Virus record (IMG/VR): IMGVR_UViG_3300029822_000002
Span: 66,107 to 94,286 of that record
From: a virus
Reading direction: 5' to 3' (one strand)
Length of the DNA stretch: 28,180 nucleotides
Shown here: one piece after another, positions 21,151 to 28,180 of the stretch
How positions within the stretch are numbered: the stretch's first letter is position 1
Layout: each line of letters starts with the position of its first letter
Translations under genes and position numbers: made by a program
The notes under the pieces: generated by a model
What the model saw: the letters and a program-made list of their open reading frames with translations, nothing else
Database searches by the model: none
What the model was told of the DNA's origin: nothing

Positions 21151-22032
21151 ATGCGAACAATTCATTTTTTCGACTTAGATGATACATTATGGAAAATAAA
21201 TGGTAATGTATGGATAATAAATAAAAATAATCCAAGTAAACCAATTATAAAATTAAATAAAATAGAATTATATGATATATTATCTGGAATACATATAAAT
21301 GATGAAATAAAGATAGATTATAATGGTAATACATATTGGATTAGTGAAAATATGTTTAACAAAATTAAAAAAAGATATCCAAATATATCAGAAGATCAAA
21401 TAGGTATATCTTTTATAGAATTTACAAATCCTTATATTATTAATAAAATATCTATATTTAGAGAAAATATAAGACATATAATAGGCAATAAAGATGATGA
21501 AATTGGTATCTTATCAGCTAGATATAGTGAAGAAAACGATAACTTATTATTATCCGCATTAAAAAAAGAATTAGAAAATAATGGTTTATTTATTGATAAA
21601 TTCTATTATGTAGGTGATTTTTTTAAAAGTAAAGTTAATGATGATATTGCATATAAAAAATCAAATGTAATATTAGAACATTTAATAGGGTTTAAAATAA
21701 AAAATGATCATTTCTTACCAATAAAACAAGATAAATATGATATTATTTATTTTTATGATGATGAATTTAAAAATATACAAGTAGCAAATGAAATTCAAAT
21801 ATTACTAGAAGAATATTTAAGAAATACTGAAGATGAAGTGTTTAATAGAATAATGAAATTATTAGAAACATCTAAACCCATATTATATAATAACTTAATA
21901 ACAAATAATAGTTTAAATAGATTTAAAACAACTAAAGTAGAATTAACAAAACCTATTACTTTCCCTATTAAAATAGAAGAAAGTTATAATATATTAAAAT
22001 TCAGTCAATTTAAAAATGATACTAAATTATAA
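21151..22032 (+). CDS. HAD-superfamily phosphatase (RNA-repair-type HAD-like)
   Basis: HFFDLDDTLW (DxD), ILSAR, YKK, FYDDEFKN. Confidence 0.75.
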   Translation: MRTIHFFDLDDTLWKINGNVWIINKNNPSKPIIKLNKIELYDILSGIHINDEIKIDYNGNTYWISENMFNKIKKRYPNISEDQIGISFIEFTNPYIINKISIFRENIRHIIGNKDDEIGILSARYSEENDNLLLSALKKELENNGLFIDKFYYVGDFFKSKVNDDIAYKKSNVILEHLIGFKIKNDHFLPIKQDKYDIIYFYDDEFKNIQVANEIQILLEEYLRNTEDEVFNRIMKLLETSKPILYNNLITNNSLNRFKTTKVELTKPITFPIKIEESYNILKFSQFKNDTKL

Positions 22033-22672
22033 TAAATTTATTAGTGAGAAACTTAGTATTTTTGGTGAAATGAAAAATTTAGCCGGTAAATTTTTATATT
22101 CAACATCAGGTGATACAAAAAAATCAGTTGAATTATTTATTAATAAATTAAATAATTCTAAAGATATAGATAATATGGAAAAAATATTTTTAAATTATCT
22201 TAAAAATAATAATCAAACATTAAAGGAATTATTAAAAGAAACAGATAATATAGAAGATATAAAAAATATATTTAAGGATAATTTATCATTTATTTATATA
22301 TCATTAAAATCATTTATATCATTTATAAATAAGAAAGAATATAATATATCAAATGTATTCAAAGATTCAAATAATAGTAATATTAAAAGATTATTTGTAG
22401 ATGATGAAAAAGTATTTAATAAAAATATTAATGGATTTGTTGATTTGTTTATTTTAGATTTATCTAAATCGCTTAATTTAAATACCAACAAAGGTCAAAA
22501 AGACGAAGAATTAGACAATATTATATCAAATGTGGATAAAGATTTGTTAAATGATATTAATGATATAAAAACGATTGAAATAGAAGAAGATTTAATAAAA
22601 TTAAAAAGTAATATTTTAAATTGGTTTAATATTAATATTATTAATAAAATTATTAATAATTTGAAACTATAA
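22016..22672 (+). CDS. Hypothetical protein with CTS-like N-terminus
   Basis: 218 aa ORF starting MILNYNKFISE. Confidence 0.7.
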   Translation: MILNYNKFISEKLSIFGEMKNLAGKFLYSTSGDTKKSVELFINKLNNSKDIDNMEKIFLNYLKNNNQTLKELLKETDNIEDIKNIFKDNLSFIYISLKSFISFINKKEYNISNVFKDSNNSNIKRLFVDDEKVFNKNINGFVDLFILDLSKSLNLNTNKGQKDEELDNIISNVDKDLLNDINDIKTIEIEEDLIKLKSNILNWFNINIINKIINNLKL

Positions 22673-22701
22673 TTTTAAAAATAAGTAAAATAGAAAAGTT
22701 T

Positions 22702-22742
22702 AATAAAATTTCCTAATAAAATTAAGGAAATTTTATTTTTTT
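22702..22742 (+). terminator. Probable intrinsic terminator
   Basis: AATAAAATTTCCT...AGGAAATTTTATT 13-bp stem plus T run. Confidence 0.55.
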
Positions 22743-22802
22743 AAATAAAACATTATTAAATAATAGATATATATAAGAATATTAAAAAAATAAAATGATT
22801 TT

Positions 22803-24026
22803 ATGAATTTTAATGAATTAAAAAAAATGACAACTAGTAATTTTGAATTTGATAATATAACTTTAAATGTTTTAAGATCTAATGGAAGAAGTAAAAATCC
22901 AGAAGATATTAATATGTTAGAAATATTTTATCAAAAATATAATAATAATCCTAATTTATATAGAATAATATCCAATTCTGGTCATTATTTTGATTGGGAT
23001 AAGATAGAAATTGGACTAAGAGAATTATATCCAGACATAAAATATTATTTTAAAGATGCTTATTATAATTTATCATTAGATAAACAATACAACAGAGAAA
23101 AAATATATGATTTTGGTAACGGTGTTATTTGTTTATTGAGTGGAGGTATACCACAAGATTTTTATCTTATTAATCACAATGTAGATAATGTTAATTTAAT
23201 ATGTTCAGATAATCTATTTTTGGTTAATGGTGAATTTGATGATTTTCATAAAATTATTGAATTGTTTAATAACAATATAATAGAGGAAGTTACAAATATA
23301 ACAATTGGTATGGTATCTTATGATGATGGCAATTTTTATGTTAAAGATTTTGATATAAATAATAAAAAAGTAGAATTAGTAGAACTAGATTTACATTATG
23401 GTGATGGATTTATAGATTTTAATGATAAATTATTAGAAAGATTAAATAATGATACAAAAGGTTTAACACTATTTCATGGTGTGGCTGGATCCGGTAAAAC
23501 TACCTATATCAGATACTTACTTAGAAAAATTAAAGAATTAAATAAAGATAATAACGTATTATATTTTCCTCCAACAATGGTAGATTCTATAACAGATCCT
23601 AGTTTTATAAATTTTATATCAGATTGGGTATCAGATAGTAAAGGGAAAAATTATATTTTTATAGAAGATGCAGAACCATTATTAGAATCCAGAGATATGA
23701 CAAGAAACATAGGGATAACAAATTTGTTAAATTTAACAGATGGTCTATTAAATGATATATTAAATATACAAGTTATTGCAACATTTAATACTAGTCCAAA
23801 AAATATTGATTTAGCATTATTAAGACCAGAAAGACTAACTGCTAGAAAGGAATTTAGAAAAGTTAAAGGTGAAAGATTAAAAAAATTATTAGAATTTTTA
23901 AATATAGATATATCTTTATCAAAAGATGAAATGACGTTAGCTGAAATATATTCATTAAAAAAGAATACAAAAACAATAACACATGATGTCGATGGTGATA
24001 GTAAAAAAATAGGTTTTGGTGGATAA
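22803..24026 (+). CDS. AAA+ ATPase
   Basis: Walker A GVAGSGKT, Walker B IFIEDAE, ATFN sensor, ALLRPERL, C-terminal KKIGF. Confidence 0.9.
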   Translation: MNFNELKKMTTSNFEFDNITLNVLRSNGRSKNPEDINMLEIFYQKYNNNPNLYRIISNSGHYFDWDKIEIGLRELYPDIKYYFKDAYYNLSLDKQYNREKIYDFGNGVICLLSGGIPQDFYLINHNVDNVNLICSDNLFLVNGEFDDFHKIIELFNNNIIEEVTNITIGMVSYDDGNFYVKDFDINNKKVELVELDLHYGDGFIDFNDKLLERLNNDTKGLTLFHGVAGSGKTTYIRYLLRKIKELNKDNNVLYFPPTMVDSITDPSFINFISDWVSDSKGKNYIFIEDAEPLLESRDMTRNIGITNLLNLTDGLLNDILNIQVIATFNTSPKNIDLALLRPERLTARKEFRKVKGERLKKLLEFLNIDISLSKDEMTLAEIYSLKKNTKTITHDVDGDSKKIGFGG

Positions 24027-24043
24027 AAGTATTAAAAATGGAA

Positions 24044-24071
24044 AAAAATGAGTTTTTTTATTAAATATATA
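24044..24071 (+). promoter_or_regulatory. Putative phage late promoter AAAAATGA-N13-ATATATA with no protein gene downstream
   Basis: AAAAATGAGTT identical to the sheath element, same spacing to ATATATA. Confidence 0.55.
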
Positions 24072-24077
24072 AATATA

Positions 24078-24215
24078 GAATTGTTATCTTCGTTAATTAT
24101 TATTAATGCAAGATAATCGTGGTAAAGGTGTAAATATAGTAACAAACTAGCTCCACTCTTCAACCACTATATATACAAGGGAAATCAGGTTAGTGCTGAT
24201 TTCCCTTCCATTTTT
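24078..24215 (+). ncRNA. Candidate structured small RNA of unknown class
   Basis: Promoter-like element upstream, three consecutive stems, GC content above background, ends in a 12-bp hairpin plus T run. Confidence 0.45.
24177..24215 (+). terminator. Intrinsic terminator-like hairpin
   Basis: AAGGGAAATCAG-7nt-CTGATTTCCCTT then CCATTTTT. Confidence 0.65.
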
Positions 24216-24234
24216 ATAAGATAAAATAAATTTA

Positions 24235-24270
24235 AAAAAACGATATAAATCATTATTTATATCGTTTTTT
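24235..24270. terminator. Bidirectional terminator at the +/- convergence
   Basis: AAAAAACGATATAAAT-CATT-ATTTATATCGTTTTTT perfect 16-bp stem. Confidence 0.8.
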
Positions 24271-24290
24271 AAATACTTTTGAATATTTAT

Positions 24291-24539
24291 TTATTCGGTA
24301 TATACTAATTTAGTAACTATTTTTCTATATCCTGATTCTAAAACCCATTGAGAACCATCCCAGTATTGATAATATAAACTACCATCATTTGAAAATCTTT
24401 GTTCTTCTGATTCATATGAATCCATCGTCCAACCATTTTCAGTACAAAATTGATTAACAGAATCATCATTTGCAACTAAATAAACATCATTTATTGCAAT
24501 ATATTGAACATTCATTGTAGGAAACTCTATAACTGCCAT
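24291..24539 (-). CDS. Hypothetical protein
   Basis: 82 aa ORF, low-Lys composition, ATATA boxes upstream. Confidence 0.75.
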   Translation of the reverse strand: MAVIEFPTMNVQYIAINDVYLVANDDSVNQFCTENGWTMDSYESEEQRFSNDGSLYYQYWDGSQWVLESGYRKIVTKLVYTE

Positions 24540-24588
24540 ATTTTAATTATTCTTTTTTTATTATATATTTTATTCTATATATTAAAAT

Positions 24589-24804
24589 TTAAATGTCTTT
24601 TTTTGATTTTCTTTTAGTTTCATGGTATGGTTTACCAATTTTATAATCAAATTTTTCTATACAATCTATGCAACATAGAAAAAAATGTGTTTCTTTATCT
24701 ATCCAAAAATATAATTTTTTATCTTTAGTAGAATCTAAACACTATTGACAAACTGGTGTTTCTGTTTTGTTCTTTTTTATTGGTTTTTTATAATCTTTTA
24801 TCAT
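24589..24804 (-). pseudogene. Small CxxC...CxxC Zn-finger-like gene with one in-frame TAG (pseudogene or readthrough)
   Basis: Manual translation MIKDYKKPIKKNKTETPVCQ*CLDSTKDKKLYFWIDKETHFFLCCIDCIEKFDYKIGKPYHETKRKSKKDI; TAG at 24742-24744; fills the gap between neighbours. Confidence 0.65.
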
Positions 24805-24811
24805 ATTTTTA

Positions 24812-25201
24812 TTATTTTATTGTCCATGTATCACCTTCATAAATTATTTCTGATTTAACACTATTTTTAAATCTACTATAATTTTGACTCCATTCCAATA
24901 ATGATTTTTTTAATTTATATAAATAATCATATCTTTCTTTGTCATTAAAGAATCTTCTTATTGAATAATTTTCATTAGGTCTATAATTAGATTCACTTGG
25001 TAATCTTATTGAATTAACACCTAACCAAAAACTATTTCTAGAATATATATAAAAATTATTCAATGAACTAGAATATGCTAATGTATCATTATTCTTTGAA
25101 ATAAATCTATCATCAAGTCCAATTAGTGTAATTTTTATTGAATAATTAGTTAAAAATTCTATTTTTAATTTTATTTTATAAATGTTTTTAAAAGATTGCA
25201 T
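24812..25201 (-). CDS. Hypothetical protein
   Basis: ORF; ATG at 25201 preferred because the 25219 TTG lies inside a promoter -7 box. Confidence 0.7.
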   Translation of the reverse strand: MQSFKNIYKIKLKIEFLTNYSIKITLIGLDDRFISKNNDTLAYSSSLNNFYIYSRNSFWLGVNSIRLPSESNYRPNENYSIRRFFNDKERYDYLYKLKKSLLEWSQNYSRFKNSVKSEIIYEGDTWTIK

Positions 25202-25216
25202 ATATTTGTTTTTTTG

Positions 25217-25248
25217 CAAATATATTAAAAAATATTTAATAAAACAAA
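25217..25248 (-). promoter_or_regulatory. Bacteroidota-type housekeeping-sigma promoter (-33/-7)
   Basis: Minus strand TTTG (25248-25245), 20 nt, TATATTTG (25224-25217). Confidence 0.7.
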
Positions 25249-26355
25249 TTAAAAATCCTTTTTATCTATAGACCACTTTAATTTATCAAATAAAAAATAT
25301 TTATCATACACTTTTCTAACTTGATCATATGTTATATCATCAATTATTTTTTCTAAATTCCAACTATCTGGTGTTATTAAATGTCTGATACTATTATACC
25401 TATTTATCTCATTTTTTTTGAATTGAACTTTATAAAAATCTTTAATAAGATCAAATCTTTCTTTTGTTAGATATTTGTCAGGATTAGATAATACCATATT
25501 ATATGTTTCTAAAACTTCATCAACTTTATCATCATCAGTTATTAATTCTGTACTTAAAAATCCATTATTATATGAATAACCATATACACTTGTACTTACA
25601 CCATAGGTTAATCCTCTTTTCTTTCTTATTTCATCCATTAATGGGGATTTCATAGATCCAGATAACATCATAGATATAAATTTAATATGAGCAAAATCAT
25701 CATCAACAAGTTTATAACCAATTATAGAACTTTTTTTGAAGTCAGCCATCTTTTCAATTATTAAATCCTTTTTATCTTCCTTTCTTATATATTTCTTATA
25801 TTCTTTATCTGAAAATATATCAAATCCTTCAAATTTATTATTTTTAGATACGTTTATAATTAAAGATGGTTTAGATAAATAATCTTTAAAATAACTTTTA
25901 ATATCATCATATGTTAGAGATTCTAAAGATTCCATTTTACCTATTGGACCATAATTACCTAATTCTTTTCTTAATATATTATAATAATGACTTGTTCCTT
26001 GATCTTGAAAAGTATCTCTATATTCTTGTATAACTACATCTCTTTCCGTTTCAAATTCTTTTTTTGGTATATTAAAATCAAGTAACATATTAACTAATTC
26101 GTGTCTATATTTATAGATATATTCATCTAATCCAGTTATATGATACACTATTTCAGTTGATGATGTGTATGCATTCCAATTTATACCATACCTGTCAAAA
26201 TCATCATATAATTTTTCAAATGATTTACACATCAAATGTTCCATTAAGTGTGATATTCCAAAATTTTTTTGTTCTTCATTCATAACTGAACCTTTATATA
26301 TTACATAAAATCCAGAAAAATCAGTCAGTGATTTTAAATTTATTATTTTACCCAT
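25249..26355 (-). CDS. M16 (insulinase-like) Zn metallopeptidase
   Basis: GISHLMEH (HxxEH), WNAYTS, ERDVVIQE, IRKKRGLTYGV. Confidence 0.9.
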   Translation of the reverse strand: MGKIINLKSLTDFSGFYVIYKGSVMNEEQKNFGISHLMEHLMCKSFEKLYDDFDRYGINWNAYTSSTEIVYHITGLDEYIYKYRHELVNMLLDFNIPKKEFETERDVVIQEYRDTFQDQGTSHYYNILRKELGNYGPIGKMESLESLTYDDIKSYFKDYLSKPSLIINVSKNNKFEGFDIFSDKEYKKYIRKEDKKDLIIEKMADFKKSSIIGYKLVDDDFAHIKFISMMLSGSMKSPLMDEIRKKRGLTYGVSTSVYGYSYNNGFLSTELITDDDKVDEVLETYNMVLSNPDKYLTKERFDLIKDFYKVQFKKNEINRYNSIRHLITPDSWNLEKIIDDITYDQVRKVYDKYFLFDKLKWSIDKKDF

Positions 26356-26375
26356 TTTTATTACTTATTTTTAGT

Positions 26376-26567
26376 TTATATATTATTTTTAATTCGTTTA
26401 AAAATTTGTTTAATTTTATTTTTTCTTTCTTCTAACAAATTAATATTTTCAAATTGTTCCGCTATTATTGAATTAACTATCATATAATTACCTCGTCCAT
26501 ATCGTTGTTTTTGGTTTATTAGGTTAGATGCTTTATTTATTTTATCAATTAGATCTTTTTTCATCAA
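26376..26567 (-). CDS. Small protein resembling an internal fragment of a T4 gp23-type major capsid protein, with C-terminal basic tag
   Basis: KINKASNLINQKQRYGRGNYMIVNSIIA recalls the gp23 segment ..IARQTGRGEGNFIIASRNVV..; ends RKNKIKQIFKRIK. Confidence 0.5.
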   Translation of the reverse strand: MMKKDLIDKINKASNLINQKQRYGRGNYMIVNSIIAEQFENINLLEERKNKIKQIFKRIKNNI

Positions 26568-26994
26568 TCATTTTTTTAATTTTTTTAATTTTTTGATTTC
26601 TTACTTCTAATATATCATATGAAAATTGTATGGCATCAAATGATATTATTTTAGAATTAATTATTTTACCGTTACTATCGACATTACCATTATATCTTGC
26701 AGAATAATTTATTTTGAATCCATTATTAACTAGTTCTTTTAATATTTTGCCATTTTGAGTATTTAAAATTTGTATATCACCAACTATCCCATCTTGATGA
26801 AGCTGTATATTTTTTACTATATGTGAAATATTATTCAAATTAATATAACCACTATTATGAATATGATTATAACCTAATTCACCATATAATACACTATTTT
26901 TTGACTTATCGATAATATCGTTCCAATCACAACTATCTATGTCATAATATATACCTTTTTTTATTTTATTAAATTCTATTAATTTCTTTTTCAT
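26545..26994 (-). CDS. Degenerate T4 gp21-type prohead core protease homolog, probably inactive, with C-terminal basic tag
   Basis: YGELGY, INLNNISHIV, GDIQILNTQNGKILKELVNNG, YSARYNGNV, SFD; canonical GELxH and SSRG motifs altered. Confidence 0.7.
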   Translation of the reverse strand: MKKKLIEFNKIKKGIYYDIDSCDWNDIIDKSKNSVLYGELGYNHIHNSGYINLNNISHIVKNIQLHQDGIVGDIQILNTQNGKILKELVNNGFKINYSARYNGNVDSNGKIINSKIISFDAIQFSYDILEVRNQKIKKIKKMIDEKRSN

Positions 26995-27020
26995 TTTGTA
27001 TAATTAAACTATTTTCAATA

Positions 27021-27599
27021 TCATATTCTCTCATTTAATCTTTTTTTAATGTTTTTAATTTTTGCTAATCTTGAATTAACTCCCTCAAAATATCCTAAAA
27101 TATAATATTTTTTACCATAAAAAGATATATTATTATAATCTATGTATAAGTAATCGATTAAAGTGTGTATTAATATTTCCGATGTTTCATTTATTATTTT
27201 TATAATAGTTTTAATATATTCATTTATTATAGTTTCAAATAATATTCTTTTAGTATCTATATTACTTTCTAATGATGATATATTGTGTGGTAAATTGAAT
27301 GAAAATTGAACTTTTTCTGTCTTTTTGTTTGTAAATTTTACTTTAGATAGATCAATATTTTTAAATATTTCCATAGTTATCTTAAATACCATTTCTGTAA
27401 AATCTCCAAATTTTTGTTCAATTAAATTATCATTAAAATTTTTTTCTAAATACACTGATACATCTTTCCAATATTCTTTTGGGATATTATATTTTTCTAA
27501 TTCGCATTTCCACTTAGATACAACATTATTAATATGATAATTATTTAAATAATAATCATTAAAATATTTTACTGATAAATTATAGTCATATTGTTTCAA
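27021..27599 (-). CDS. Hypothetical protein (TTG start), N-terminal half weakly capsid-N-terminus-like, with C-terminal basic tag
   Basis: 192 aa ORF; VSKWKCELE..WKDVSVYLE; ends RLAKIKNIKKRL. Confidence 0.6.
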   Translation of the reverse strand: MKQYDYNLSVKYFNDYYLNNYHINNVVSKWKCELEKYNIPKEYWKDVSVYLEKNFNDNLIEQKFGDFTEMVFKITMEIFKNIDLSKVKFTNKKTEKVQFSFNLPHNISSLESNIDTKRILFETIINEYIKTIIKIINETSEILIHTLIDYLYIDYNNISFYGKKYYILGYFEGVNSRLAKIKNIKKRLNERI

Positions 27600-27608
27600 A
27601 TTTTATTT

Positions 27609-27839
27609 ATTATTTTTTTAATCTTAAATTTTCTTTAATTTGTTTTATTTTTGATATATTCTTCCGATATTATATTTTCAAAAAAAATCACTATTATTTA
27701 TATTATCATATAATTCTGATGCAATTAATTGAATTCTTGATTCTTCGCCGTTATTAAATTTAATAATCAATGATGGTGACATTGTATGTTCGGATATAGT
27801 CATTATAGATGTAACATCATATTTTTTCAAGTAGTCCAT
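27609..27839 (-). pseudogene. Apparently disrupted small gene
   Basis: ATG 27839 (overlapping the upstream gene) runs 53 codons to TGA at the end of a T8 run (27678-27680); an out-of-frame tail ISKIKQIKENLRLKK* follows. Confidence 0.45.
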
Positions 27840-28065
27840 TTTTTATTCTATTAATTTTTTCAATCCTTAAACTAATAAATACTTCAAGTAATTTATTGTC
27901 TATTTTATCAAAAACTCCTTTTATATCAGATTGTTCATATATAAAATCAATTTTATTACCATTGTATAAATGTAAAACAACAATATGACGAATTACATTG
28001 TTTTTATCTTCATCATATACATGTACGATATTATATTCTTTCAATAGATAATTATATTTAAACAT
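27817..28065 (-). CDS. Hypothetical protein with C-terminal basic tag
   Basis: 82 aa ORF ending LRIEKINRIKNGLLEKI. Confidence 0.65.
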   Translation of the reverse strand: MFKYNYLLKEYNIVHVYDEDKNNVIRHIVVLHLYNGNKIDFIYEQSDIKGVFDKIDNKLLEVFISLRIEKINRIKNGLLEKI

Positions 28066-28078
28066 AAATATTATATTT

Positions 28079-28180
28079 TTATATTTGTATTTTGTTTTTT
28101 AATTTATTTAATTTAAATGATCTTTGTATTTCATTAATATTTATATTGTAGGTTTTATCTATGGAATAAACTTTTTTTTC
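28079..28180 (-). CDS. Partial (5'-truncated) hypothetical protein with C-terminal basic tag
   Basis: Manual translation EKKVYSIDKTYNININEIQRSFKLNKLKNKIQI*. Confidence 0.6.
   Translation of the reverse strand, partial: EKKVYSIDKTYNININEIQRSFKLNKLKNKIQI

Noticed and set aside
24078-24215. tRNA or tmRNA
   Set aside because: No T-arm GTTCRA, acceptor stem or CCA end recognisable

Overview
Very AT-rich, densely coding segment of a large tailed (myovirus-type, T4-superfamily-gene-bearing) jumbo phage. The probable host is Bacteroidota: three TTTG-N19/20-TAnnTTTG promoters, and A-rich leaders without Shine-Dalgarno sequences. 1-9.8 kb (+): accessory enzymes (a minimal family-A-like polymerase, two M28 peptidase paralogs, an HD hydrolase, peptide deformylase, the C-terminal half of an NAD-dependent ligase, a cyclic-phosphate receiver domain, a HAD). 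9.85-11.16 kb: a non-autonomous IS607-like TnpB element inserted at a GG inside a terminator hairpin. 11.8-24 kb (+): tail module (sheath, double homing-endonuclease-like gene, tube, stand-alone receiver, gp26-like/gp51-like pair, HAD, AAA ATPase). 24.3-28.2 kb (-): small genes, an M16 peptidase, and a run of ORFs that look like degenerate head-gene fragments sharing a C-terminal RxxK[IL]xx[IL] tag. Most interesting: (i) that tagged capsid/prohead-protease-mimic cluster; (ii) a structured non-coding transcription unit at ~24.08-24.21 kb carrying the same bipartite promoter as the sheath and tube genes; (iii) T4-CTS-like N-terminal leaders on several proteins; (iv) a candidate +1 frameshift and an in-frame amber inside a CxxC motif. 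All product calls come from motif recognition by eye; no searches were run.
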